From assembly GCA_903846945.1 (NCBI GenBank), contig CAINCE010000040.1, positions 1 through 37,385 of the forward strand: 37,385 nucleotides of DNA, given 5' to 3'. The notes beneath the pieces are model-generated. The model ran no database searches. It was not told the DNA's origin and saw nothing but the letters and a program-made list of their open reading frames with translations. The DNA is from an uncultured bacterium. GTDB taxonomy: Bacteria > Patescibacteriota > Minisyncoccia > Phycocordibacterales > PALSA-1337. Shown piece after piece: positions 7,439 through 16,727 of the stretch (positions are counted from its first letter, which is position 1; every line of letters begins with the position of its first letter). A program made the translations under genes and the position numbers.

Positions 7439-9634
7439 TTATATATCCAGTGTCGCCAATTTCGCATTTGACTGAATGAATGACTTTCTGGCAGGGACAT
7501 CATCTCCCATCAGCATATCAAAAACCTTATCAGCCTCTTGTGCATCTTCGATATTAACTTGTTTCAGAATCCTCTTAGCTGGGTCCATAGTTGTCTCCCA
7601 GAGTTCATCCGAGTTCATCTCTCCGAGACCTTTGTAACGCTGGATGGAGATCTTGTTAACTCGTCCTTTCGCCGATGTCACCTCTCCCTCTCCGTCAGCT
7701 GGCGAATCCTCGATAGATGACTCTCGCTGTGTGGATTCAGAAAGACTCCCTCCTTCGAAACCAGCATCAATCAATATTCGGTCCTTATCTTCCTCCAATG
7801 CTGCATCATCTGCTGCCTGACTCTCTATCTCCATGAGTTGTGACTCATGAAAATCCTTACCGAGAGCTTTATCCTTTGCTGCATCATCATAGAAATACAT
7901 GATCTCCTTGCCCCTCTTAACCTTGTAGAGTGGTGGCTGTGCGATGTAGACATGACCCGCATCGACGAGTGGTCGGAAATATCTGTAAAGCAATGTGAGT
8001 ATGAGTGTTCGGATATGTGCACCGTCGACATCAGCATCTGTTGCTAGGATGATCTTGTGATAACGGAGTCTAGAAATATCGAAAGTGTCACCTATAGCAG
8101 TACCGAAAGCTAGAACCAAGTTCTTGATCTGTTCAGAGCCCAACATACGATCGAGTCTGGCGCGCTCTATGTTCAATATCTTTCCGCGGAGTGGCAGGAT
8201 AGCTTGTATGCGACGATCACGCCCTTGTTTCGCTGTACCACCCGCAGAGTCTCCCTCTACGATGAATAGTTCCGACTCAGAAGGACTGTCAGATTGGCAA
8301 TCTGCGAGCTTTCCTGGCAGAGTCATGCCCTCGAGTGCCCCCTTACGAAGAACGCTGTCCTTGGCAGCCTTGGCAGCCTTCCTAGCCTTCATCGCCAATA
8401 TAACCTTGTTGATGATGGACCGTGCATCGTCTGGGTTTTCTTCTAGAAAGGCAGTAAATGCATCGCCGAATACTGTAGCCACAGCACCCTGAGCTTCCAT
8501 ACTGCCGAGTTTTGCTTTCGTCTGACCTTCGAACTGTATCTCACGCAACTTCACGGAGACAACCGCGGTCAATCCCTCGAGTGCATCATCGCCGGTAAAT
8601 GTATCTTCACCATTCTTGGATAGGTTGTTATTCTTCGCATAAGTATTGAGTGTACGAGTGAGAGCAGTCTTGAAACCAGTTATGTGTGTACCACCCTCAG
8701 CTGTATAGATGTTGTTCGCAAATGGCATCACTCTAGCCGATACATCGTCAGCGTACTGCAAGGCGACCTCTACCGACTCGACACCCTCAACTTTCTTTTC
8801 AACATAGAAAATGCTCTTGTGAGATGGTTTCAACATCTGGTTAGTAAACTTTATCAGTGATACCAAGCCACCCTCAAAGAAAAATGTATACGAAGGTGCC
8901 TCAACGCCCGTCTCTCGTAGATAAAATATCTCATCATCAGATCCAAATCCGGCGATCTGCTGGCTGGCATCGATGAGGCTGATACGGAGAGCTGGCACGA
9001 GATACGCCTGTTGACGCATATGAGCCACGATGCGGTTCCACTCAAACTTGATGCCTTCCTTGAAAATCTCTATGTCTGGCTCAAATGTAACTATCGTGCC
9101 GTGTTGTTTGGTTGAGCCGATCTTCTTTACTGCGGCTTTCCTCTTGCCTTGAGAATATTCCTGCATATAGACGCCACCTTCCTTGTGAACGACGACTTTC
9201 ATGTATATAGAGAGAGCATTCACGACTGATGCTCCAACTCCGTGCAAACCTCCAGAAACTTTGTAACCGGTATTTTCACCACCGAACTTTCCTCCTGCAT
9301 GGAGGACTGTCATGATAGTTTCCAATGCGGAAACTTTTGTCTGCTTGTGAACATCGACAGGGATACCACGACCATTGTCTGTGATGCGGACTCGGTTGCC
9401 AGGCAATAGGACTATCTCGATGTCATTGGCAAAGCCACCCATCGCTTCGTCGCGACAGTTGTCAAATATCTCAGTGATGAGGTGATGCAATCCGTCTGGT
9501 CCAGTCGTACCGATGTACATACCAGGACGCTTTCTAACTGGTTCTAGTCCTTCTAGGACGGTGATGGATGAGGCATCATAACTACCTTCGCCTGCGGATT
9601 TCTTACCTTTTGATTTTTTGGTTGAATCTGACAT
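7439..9634 (-). CDS. gyrB: DNA gyrase subunit B (type IIA topoisomerase B)
   Basis: LEGLEPVRKRPGMYIG, DNGRGIP, GGLHGVG, EGDSAGG, PLRGKILN, DADVDG, QRYKGLGEMN; acidic insertion near the C-terminus. Confidence 0.93.
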   Translation of the reverse strand: MSDSTKKSKGKKSAGEGSYDASSITVLEGLEPVRKRPGMYIGTTGPDGLHHLITEIFDNCRDEAMGGFANDIEIVLLPGNRVRITDNGRGIPVDVHKQTKVSALETIMTVLHAGGKFGGENTGYKVSGGLHGVGASVVNALSIYMKVVVHKEGGVYMQEYSQGKRKAAVKKIGSTKQHGTIVTFEPDIEIFKEGIKFEWNRIVAHMRQQAYLVPALRISLIDASQQIAGFGSDDEIFYLRETGVEAPSYTFFFEGGLVSLIKFTNQMLKPSHKSIFYVEKKVEGVESVEVALQYADDVSARVMPFANNIYTAEGGTHITGFKTALTRTLNTYAKNNNLSKNGEDTFTGDDALEGLTAVVSVKLREIQFEGQTKAKLGSMEAQGAVATVFGDAFTAFLEENPDDARSIINKVILAMKARKAAKAAKDSVLRKGALEGMTLPGKLADCQSDSPSESELFIVEGDSAGGTAKQGRDRRIQAILPLRGKILNIERARLDRMLGSEQIKNLVLAFGTAIGDTFDISRLRYHKIILATDADVDGAHIRTLILTLLYRYFRPLVDAGHVYIAQPPLYKVKRGKEIMYFYDDAAKDKALGKDFHESQLMEIESQAADDAALEEDKDRILIDAGFEGGSLSESTQRESSIEDSPADGEGEVTSAKGRVNKISIQRYKGLGEMNSDELWETTMDPAKRILKQVNIEDAQEADKVFDMLMGDDVPARKSFIQSNAKLATLDI

Positions 9635-9646
9635 TATTTTTTAAAC

Positions 9647-9785
9647 TCTAAATATATCCTAATATCTATATTCTAAACACTATTTGAGAACTACATCCTG
9701 ATATCTAATCCACCAACTGCCAACTGGTGGATGGCGGAGTCGAACTAAATACTAAACAAATTCCAAGTCCTAAATCCAAAATAAT
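9647..9785. repeat. Degenerate heptamer-type repeats around a GC palindrome upstream of gyrB
   Basis: ctaaat/ctaata/ctaaac units with CTAAACAAATT (also in the pheS insertion) flanking ATCCACCA...TGGTGGAT-GGCGGA. Confidence 0.55.
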
Positions 9786-9925
9786 AGGCTCAAATACTCA
9801 CTGATTTTGGCCTGATACTGCTTCGAACTTATGCTATGAGTATATCATATTTAGGTATGAAAAAGAAGTGGATATTTGGCGGATTTTGAGGCATGTTTTA
9901 GACCTTATTTGCCATTATAGAGTCA

Positions 9926-9953
9926 TTGACAACTACTCATTTTCATGTAGTAT
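9926..9953 (+). promoter_or_regulatory. Putative sigma70 promoter of the Cys-rich ORF
   Basis: TTGACA (9926-9931), 16 bp spacer, TAGTAT (9948-9953). Confidence 0.45.
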
Positions 9954-9998
9954 AGCAGTAAACAGTTCTATAGTTCCATAAAAAATAAATCTAGAATT

Positions 9999-10487
9999 AT
10001 GAAGAAGGACAAAATAGTCTCATTTCCCTGCAAAGAGAAGGGTTGTAGAGGTATCATCGACCCTAGACGCGTGTCCAGGATACCAATCCGCACAGGGTGT
10101 CAGAGTCATTCGATCGTGCTGGTGTGCCCGACCTGCGGTCGTCTGCATTGGCCGGACAGCGGTCATGCCGTTGAAAGTCTAGGCTACGAAAAAGTATTCC
10201 TCGTACATGGAGCACTGGAAAACAGGCCTCTGAACTCTGTCGAGAAAATAGTATTGATTCGGAATATTCAACATGAATGCATTACTCTTTTGAACACTGG
10301 TGAAAAAGGCGGCATCATAATTGATTTTCTAAAGACTGAACTCGACTTCTTAGGGACACTCGGTCATGCGCCTGATTGTCCCGCGAAAAGAAATGACGGT
10401 TCATGTCTCTGTGGACATTCAGAGGTTTGTAAATGGCTTCTCGAACACGGCGACGAGGAAGAAGATGTCGTGACCGTAGTCGCCTAA
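9999..10487 (+). CDS. Hypothetical Cys/His-rich, probably zinc-binding protein
   Basis: CKEKGC, GC, CPTCGRLH and HAPDC...CLCGH..C; has its own promoter and terminator. Confidence 0.7.
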   Translation: MKKDKIVSFPCKEKGCRGIIDPRRVSRIPIRTGCQSHSIVLVCPTCGRLHWPDSGHAVESLGYEKVFLVHGALENRPLNSVEKIVLIRNIQHECITLLNTGEKGGIIIDFLKTELDFLGTLGHAPDCPAKRNDGSCLCGHSEVCKWLLEHGDEEEDVVTVVA

Positions 10488-10518
10488 CCTGATCTAGCCC
10501 GAAAGTGATACTCCTAAC

Positions 10519-10545
10519 ACACCGTCAAACTTGGCGGTGTTTTTT
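10519..10545 (+). terminator. Rho-independent terminator
   Basis: ACACCGTCAA-AC-TTGGCGGTGT followed by TTTTT. Confidence 0.75.
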
Positions 10546-10717
10546 GCATTGACCGTGAAAGGTGGATTACTTTCCAGTTTCTCACCTGGATTTGATATTG
10601 GATTGAATTGTTCAGGATTTTTCATTTGGATAATATTCGCTTAGCACGATCCAACCTTGACCAATTTTACCAGGATTATTCAGCCACCAATCTCTCAACG
10701 AAAAACAGCCATTCCCT

Positions 10718-11734
10718 TCAATAACTTCCCAATATCTTCAGTATATTTAGCGACAAACTCTCAAACTCCTCTTTGGACTTGTCGATATTTTCTTTGGTAC
10801 CAACATGATGATCCGCTATCTCTCCTGGATTTAGGTTGAATATAGCTGTACCCAATTCCTGACACTTCGCTGGAATCCTGCCATAATCTTGCACTATCTG
10901 TAATGGATTCTTCCAACTACTTTCAACTAACCCATTCCTGCAATGCTTTTCGGACAAATATTCCCTTACTTTGCTAGGGATCTTCTCCATCCAGGCTCTA
11001 TGATCAGCTATCGGTTGCTCACCGTACACATTATATGAATTTACGATATATCCGATAAACAAAGGGTCACCCTGGAGCACGAACTTGGTTTCAGTGTTTC
11101 CTGCTAATGCCTTGGCACTATTCCTCCAACCCGACTTCCATCTCTCATAGATGATGCCTAGATTTTCTATACCTTGGACACTGAATGCGTCAGGCATCAC
11201 TGGTACAACGAAGTAATCAGAACCCAACAATATCATCTGATTCAAGAGTCCCAAACTAGGTGAGGTGTCTATGACAAATATATCGATCTGCTCACTCAAT
11301 CCTTTTTCTCTCAAAAATCGATCTATTGCGCTAGTATTAAAGTAACCTATCTTCTGACCAGATGCCGCCTGACCATACGCTGTAATAAGTAAACTCTCAT
11401 ATACAGATAGATTGATGTCTCCCTTGAGTAGTGACAGATTCTCATTTCCAGAGACCGGCAAAAACTGAACACCCAGATCTATGTCCGCCCCACCCTCAAC
11501 AACGCCTTTCAGAACATTCGCTATAGTCTTCTCGCCCGCAGAAAAAAGATGCTTCAAATAATAATCCTCCCCCATCGCTAGGCGGCTCAGGTTACATTGT
11601 GGGTCGAGATCAACCAATACCGTTTTGTATCCTTTTTCTGCGAACTTCACTGCGCAATTAAAAGCAAGCGTGGTCTTACCAACACCGCCTTTATTATTCG
11701 CAAATATAATCTTCTTTGTTCTAGTGAATTTCAT
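10718..11734 (-). CDS. ParA/Soj family ATPase, orphan
   Basis: Deviant Walker A NNKGGVGKTT, VDLDPQCN, IDTSPSLG; start at 11734 or 11740; no parB adjacent. Confidence 0.9.
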   Translation of the reverse strand: MKFTRTKKIIFANNKGGVGKTTLAFNCAVKFAEKGYKTVLVDLDPQCNLSRLAMGEDYYLKHLFSAGEKTIANVLKGVVEGGADIDLGVQFLPVSGNENLSLLKGDINLSVYESLLITAYGQAASGQKIGYFNTSAIDRFLREKGLSEQIDIFVIDTSPSLGLLNQMILLGSDYFVVPVMPDAFSVQGIENLGIIYERWKSGWRNSAKALAGNTETKFVLQGDPLFIGYIVNSYNVYGEQPIADHRAWMEKIPSKVREYLSEKHCRNGLVESSWKNPLQIVQDYGRIPAKCQELGTAIFNLNPGEIADHHVGTKENIDKSKEEFESLSLNILKILGSY

Positions 11735-11826
11735 AACCATATAATATCAAATAATCGAGCGAAATAATACAGACTGAATAACCACACCCAGTTTTGCACC
11801 CTGTTGGTAATTTGGTGCCACATTCT

Positions 11827-14052
11827 CTACCTCACCTCCCAACCATTCCCCTTCAATGCTTCGTAAATCGCTGTCATTATATTATTTGCTTCATCGTCGG
11901 TGAGCGTCCTCTCCATAGACTGGAATACCATGCGGTACGCGTACGAAACTCTTCCATCCTTCTTAAATGTGTCAAAGAGTGTGTGGCGTGCGAGTAATCG
12001 AATTGCACCAGCGCTCGAATCCAGATCGCTCGGAGAAACATTGCCCACCGCCAGAACTTTCACTGCGGCAATACCATCCTCAATAGTCTTCCAAACCTCC
12101 CCTGCCGTCACGGACTCCGGTACGAATACAGCGACATCACGCACGATGAATGGGTATGACGATATCTTCTGGTAAATATTCGTCGAAGCTGGTCCGAAAC
12201 CAAGGTCATCGTAAGAGGCATCCGCAGGAAGTTTGTAGGATTTCAGCAATTCATTCAGATCGATCTCGATTATTGCAATTGGTCCTTTTTCAATGATTTG
12301 ACTTTGTCCATTTAATTGTTTAATGGTCTTATTGTCTGATTGGTTAATAGTTTCTTTGTCATCCGCTCCGCCGGCCGGTGAATGGCGGATGTCAATACTC
12401 AATTGGTCAATATTCGACTGATCACTTCTCGTTCCAAGCTCTTTGCCAAGAATTTCGATCGCGCTGTCAATCAACTTCTTCCCATTTACACCCTTAACTT
12501 TCCTAACCTGTGCCGCTCCAATGGAAAGCCTGACCGACTCCCCCGCATTACTGAATACATGACCTATCTCAAATACTTTGACAGAGTCTAGTCCGAGTAG
12601 ATCTGCATTCAATATATTTTTCTCCACGCAAGTCATCATGCCGTCGACAAGGGTAGACCTTGCAAAGGCTTTGTCCCTTGCTAGCGGTTTTGCCGTCTCA
12701 ATCTCCCCCTTTGCAACGAGTGAATACAGACTAACCTCGGAATAACCCTGCCCTGTAAGGATATTTTTGATCTTTTCTGCTATATAATAGATCGACAACA
12801 CTCTGATCGTTCCTTCCGGCTTTGGTGGCAATATGCCGACGATATGTTCATAACCGTATATGCGTCCAACTTCTTCTACGATGTCGTCAGGTATTGTTAG
12901 GTCGAGACGATTGAATGGAATGGTGAGTTTCCACATTGATTTATTGTCGACTTTAAGGACTTTACTGACTTGATGGACTTGATGGACTTTACTGACTTTC
13001 GACTCGGCGCTTTCGACCACTATGCCCATACCTTCCAATATCTTCTTTGCCGTCTCAATCGGCACCTCAACTCCGAGTCTCTCATTGATATAATTCGGAT
13101 CCATCTCGATAGTTGTCCGCACAGCCTTGGTCGGATACACATCTACGATGGGACCAAACTTCGCATCAGGGATAGCTTCGAGTATGGTTTCTGACAATTC
13201 ATTCATACCTCCGAGTGCGAGCTCTGGAGTTATCTCATTTTCATATCTCTTTGAAGACTCACTACGTAAATCGTATTTCGTAGAAGTTCTGCGAACAATA
13301 GTTGGATCAAAATTGGCTGACTCAAGTATGAGTCTCTTTGTTTCGCCCGTGATCGCTGCCCTCTTACCACCCTTCACTCCCGCTATAGCGAGCGGGCCTA
13401 TGTCATCAGCGATGACATGGTCAGAATCGCTGAGTTCGATTTCCCTAGCAAGTCCTTCAGATGATTCGAGCAGGGCGATTTTCTCACCTTTCTTCGCAGC
13501 TCGAACGACGATACTACCCTGCACTTTATCTGCATCAAAAGCATGGAGAGGTTGACCGATGTCGAACATAACATAGTTTGTCGCATCGACTATTGAACTG
13601 ATCGTTCGTTGACCTATAGCGTGTAGAGCGGTGCTAACAATTATCGGAGTTTCACCTTTCGAATGTATTTCCACATATCTGCCAACATATCTCCTACAGA
13701 ATCCCTCTGCCCCAATAGTGATCGACGGCTTTTCGATCAAGTCGCCAGAAATTTCAACATTCTTCATCTCCATTCGCGGAGTTTCCGTCATCGAAAATAC
13801 TTCACCTGCAATACCTTTATGACACAATGCATAATGTGCGCGGTCAGGGAGAACTTTCAGATCATAGACGGTATCGACGACCTCGTGCGGTTTTCCATCA
13901 GCAGACTTTCCATTGATCACCGATCCGTCTATACCAATCCTTTCCATACCCTCAACTTCAAATGCATGAAAAGTGAACAACTCATCCAACTTTTCTGGAC
14001 TCGGAAGTGGCTTTGCGAAATATTGTTGTAACCAGTTATGAGATATTTTCAT
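11827..14052 (-). CDS. pheT: Phenylalanine--tRNA ligase beta subunit
   Basis: MKISHNWL, PDRAH, VDATNYVM..IGQPLHAFD, ILESANF, RLDL...DIVEEVGRIYGY, C-terminal FDX-ACB (RDVAV...RTLTD); B2 OB domain appears absent. Confidence 0.96.
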   Translation of the reverse strand: MKISHNWLQQYFAKPLPSPEKLDELFTFHAFEVEGMERIGIDGSVINGKSADGKPHEVVDTVYDLKVLPDRAHYALCHKGIAGEVFSMTETPRMEMKNVEISGDLIEKPSITIGAEGFCRRYVGRYVEIHSKGETPIIVSTALHAIGQRTISSIVDATNYVMFDIGQPLHAFDADKVQGSIVVRAAKKGEKIALLESSEGLAREIELSDSDHVIADDIGPLAIAGVKGGKRAAITGETKRLILESANFDPTIVRRTSTKYDLRSESSKRYENEITPELALGGMNELSETILEAIPDAKFGPIVDVYPTKAVRTTIEMDPNYINERLGVEVPIETAKKILEGMGIVVESAESKVSKVHQVHQVSKVLKVDNKSMWKLTIPFNRLDLTIPDDIVEEVGRIYGYEHIVGILPPKPEGTIRVLSIYYIAEKIKNILTGQGYSEVSLYSLVAKGEIETAKPLARDKAFARSTLVDGMMTCVEKNILNADLLGLDSVKVFEIGHVFSNAGESVRLSIGAAQVRKVKGVNGKKLIDSAIEILGKELGTRSDQSNIDQLSIDIRHSPAGGADDKETINQSDNKTIKQLNGQSQIIEKGPIAIIEIDLNELLKSYKLPADASYDDLGFGPASTNIYQKISSYPFIVRDVAVFVPESVTAGEVWKTIEDGIAAVKVLAVGNVSPSDLDSSAGAIRLLARHTLFDTFKKDGRVSYAYRMVFQSMERTLTDDEANNIMTAIYEALKGNGWEVR

Positions 14053-14087
14053 TTGAAATTATTTTTAGTATTCCACCTTGCTACAAG

Positions 14088-14861
14088 TTAAAACTGATTT
14101 ATCAGTCGGATATCGCCAGTATACAGATGTCTGATATCATCAATGCCAAATTTGAGCATCGCTATCCTATCTGGACTGACACCAAAAGCAAAACCTTGGT
14201 ACACCTCTGGATCGATACCGACAGCCTTGAAGACATTTGGATGTACGAGGCCAGCTCCACCCATCTCGAGCCATTTACCTTTCCATTGCATATCAACCTC
14301 CAGACTCGGTTCAGTAAATGGGAAAAAGCTCGGTCGGAAACGGATGACAACATCGTTGCCAAACACTCGCTTGAACATCGCTTCGAGAACTCCCTTCAGT
14401 TGCGCCAAGGTCACATTTTTATCGATATATAATGCTTCGAGCTGATTAAACTGCGCTTCATGTGTCGCATCAGTTGCTTCATTTCTATAGACCCTTCCTG
14501 GCACGAGTATTCTCAAAGGTGGTTTATTGTTCTCCATGTATCTGATCTGGACGGAAGATGTATGAGTGCGCAATACCATTCGCTCGCCTTTTTCTGGGTG
14601 ATTAATTGAGGCATTTGAATTTAGAATTTGTTTAGAATTTAGGATTTCGGATTTCGGATTTGAATTTGACTTTATCCAAAAAGTATCCTGCATATCTCTA
14701 GCTGGATGATCTTTCGGCACATTCAATGCATCAAAGTTGTGGAATTCATCTTCGAGCTCTGGCCCATCAGCTATCTCGAAACCAAGTTCTTGGAACACTG
14801 GGTATATAGCTCGAATGATCTGCGTTATGGGATGTAGATGGCCTTTCTGGTCCGGTTTCAT
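14088..14861 (-). CDS. pheS: Phenylalanine--tRNA ligase alpha subunit (short form)
   Basis: GHLHP, NFDALN.P.DHPARDMQDTF, LRTHTS, FRPSFFPFTEPS, GFAFG. Confidence 0.97.
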   Translation of the reverse strand: MKPDQKGHLHPITQIIRAIYPVFQELGFEIADGPELEDEFHNFDALNVPKDHPARDMQDTFWIKSNSNPKSEILNSKQILNSNASINHPEKGERMVLRTHTSSVQIRYMENNKPPLRILVPGRVYRNEATDATHEAQFNQLEALYIDKNVTLAQLKGVLEAMFKRVFGNDVVIRFRPSFFPFTEPSLEVDMQWKGKWLEMGGAGLVHPNVFKAVGIDPEVYQGFAFGVSPDRIAMLKFGIDDIRHLYTGDIRLINQF

Positions 14862-14896
14862 ATGAGTATAACTGTAGCAGGAAAACTTTCCATTAT

Positions 14897-14926
14897 CCAG
14901 TATCTAGCCTCTAGTCTCTAGTATCT
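14897..14926. repeat. Degenerate heptamer repeat (TCTAGNN)
   Basis: ccagta tctagcc tctagtc tctagta tct. Confidence 0.6.
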
Positions 14927-14930
14927 CTCC

Positions 14931-16637
14931 TTACTTAAAATACTCCGGCGTATTTGCCTCCATCCAATCCAGCTGCTGACGCATAGCCGCCGCAGCACCG
15001 ATCAGGTTGTGTACTGAACCTTTCTCTAGAGTAACGACAAATGCATACTTCGGTTTATCGTACGGCCAGAAACCGGTGATCCACGAGTTGACTTTATCCT
15101 TTGAGACACCGAGCTCAGCAGTACCAGACTTACCAGCGATCTTTACATATGGAACATTTAGGGCAACACTGGTTCCTATCTGCGTACTGAGACGCATACC
15201 TTCATGAACAACATCAAAATGCTTTTTCGGTATCGGCACTATGGACTCGACATTGACAGCGTCGCCCTTGACTATAGTTGGCGTCAAAACTTTTCCATAA
15301 TTCGCAACGGCAGCAACACCTCGCACGATCTGCATGAGAGTCACCTGGAAACCGTACTGACCGATAGCAGTATGATATGTATCACCTACATACCAACTCT
15401 CGTCAAATGTCTGTTTCTTCCATTCAGGAGTCGGGATCGTTCCAGATTTGTTCATGAGCATAGAATCCGTACCATCCAGAGTCGTAGTTCCAAAACCGAA
15501 CATGCGCAGGTATTTATCTATGTTGATGATACCCATACCTTTCTGATCTTTATACCCACCTCCCACGGTATAGAAATATACATCAGAAGACATAGCTATG
15601 GCATGACGCATATCCAATGCACCTAGATTCTTCCAGTCCCTAAACAGAGTCGATTTTGTGTCGTCATAGGGGTTCGGGATAGAAATAGACCCCATTGTTA
15701 CTATAACGGTACTAGGCTCGATAATACCTTCCGAGAGCGCTCCTAGGGCCATATAAGGCTTTACGATCGACCCTGGGGTATATAGTCCATCTACTGCCCT
15801 ATTCAAAAATGGCAACCTGGAGTCATTGAGCGCCGCCTTCACCGCCCTTTGATCTGTCTTGTCAGACATCATCTGTGAACTATATTCAGGGTAACTAGTC
15901 ATCGCTAAAACCTCTCCAGAATTCACATCCATGATAACCCCTGCACCACCTTCAAATCCTACCCTCTCTGCGATGTCACGAATATTGTTATACAACGCCG
16001 ACTGTACCCTACTATCTATGGACAGATTGACCGACTGACCTTGTTCCGGCGGACGAACGACATTTTCCGAAACAGTATTACCTCTAGCATCGACTTCGAC
16101 GAGCCTCGATCCTGCAGCACCTTTTAGTTGATAATCAAAATTCTTTTCTGAGCCAGATACTCCACGAAAATCCTCCTGGTAATAGAAGCCGTTTGAATCC
16201 TTCGAAGGGTATTGGACATACCCTAGGAGATGAGATAGTCCCGTCGAGGTTGCATACTCTCTAGTTGATACCAGATTTGATGAGTCAGTAGAAGTTGGCG
16301 CGACTGAAGCCGTCGCTGGTGCATTCCAAGCGAGTTCGACTCCATTCCTATCAAATATCACACCCCTTCCTGCAAAGATCGGAACCGGTCGGAGCATATT
16401 TCTCTCACTTCGCGCCACATATTCATCTCCACGAATGATCTGCATGTCGATAGCTTTGATAAAGACGACGACAGCGATCACGGCAAAAACTCCACCCAAT
16501 AGATATAGTGACATTCTAGAGATCGGCTTTTCTATACGTCCTTCAAATTGTGAGGTATCGAAGTTAGGTATGTTACTAGAGTCCAGCATGATCTCATCTG
16601 GATCGATCTCTCTACTCTTTCGGATACGGCGGTTCAT
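14931..16637 (-). CDS. Class B penicillin-binding protein (PBP2/MrdA-like transpeptidase)
   Basis: N-terminal TM, RGVIFDRNG, PGSIVK (SxxK), SSDVYFY (SxD), AIGQ, KSGT. Confidence 0.9.
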   Translation of the reverse strand: MNRRIRKSREIDPDEIMLDSSNIPNFDTSQFEGRIEKPISRMSLYLLGGVFAVIAVVVFIKAIDMQIIRGDEYVARSERNMLRPVPIFAGRGVIFDRNGVELAWNAPATASVAPTSTDSSNLVSTREYATSTGLSHLLGYVQYPSKDSNGFYYQEDFRGVSGSEKNFDYQLKGAAGSRLVEVDARGNTVSENVVRPPEQGQSVNLSIDSRVQSALYNNIRDIAERVGFEGGAGVIMDVNSGEVLAMTSYPEYSSQMMSDKTDQRAVKAALNDSRLPFLNRAVDGLYTPGSIVKPYMALGALSEGIIEPSTVIVTMGSISIPNPYDDTKSTLFRDWKNLGALDMRHAIAMSSDVYFYTVGGGYKDQKGMGIINIDKYLRMFGFGTTTLDGTDSMLMNKSGTIPTPEWKKQTFDESWYVGDTYHTAIGQYGFQVTLMQIVRGVAAVANYGKVLTPTIVKGDAVNVESIVPIPKKHFDVVHEGMRLSTQIGTSVALNVPYVKIAGKSGTAELGVSKDKVNSWITGFWPYDKPKYAFVVTLEKGSVHNLIGAAAAMRQQLDWMEANTPEYFK

Positions 16638-16673
16638 GTAGGTCCAAGTATAGCGCCAAGTGAAAATTTGTAA

Positions 16674-16702
16674 ACAAAAAGAGGCATATCGCCCCTTTTT
16701 GT
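16674..16702 (-). terminator. Rho-independent terminator of the giant gene
   Basis: Minus strand AAAAAGGGGC-GATAT-GCCTCTTTTTGT. Confidence 0.7.
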
Positions 16703-16727
16703 ATCATTGAATTGATCGAATCATAGA

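Noticed and set aside
10494-10625. 43-aa minus-strand ORF MKNPEQFNPISNPGEKLE...
   Set aside because: Could be a gene remnant, but it runs through the opposing terminator and has no other support.
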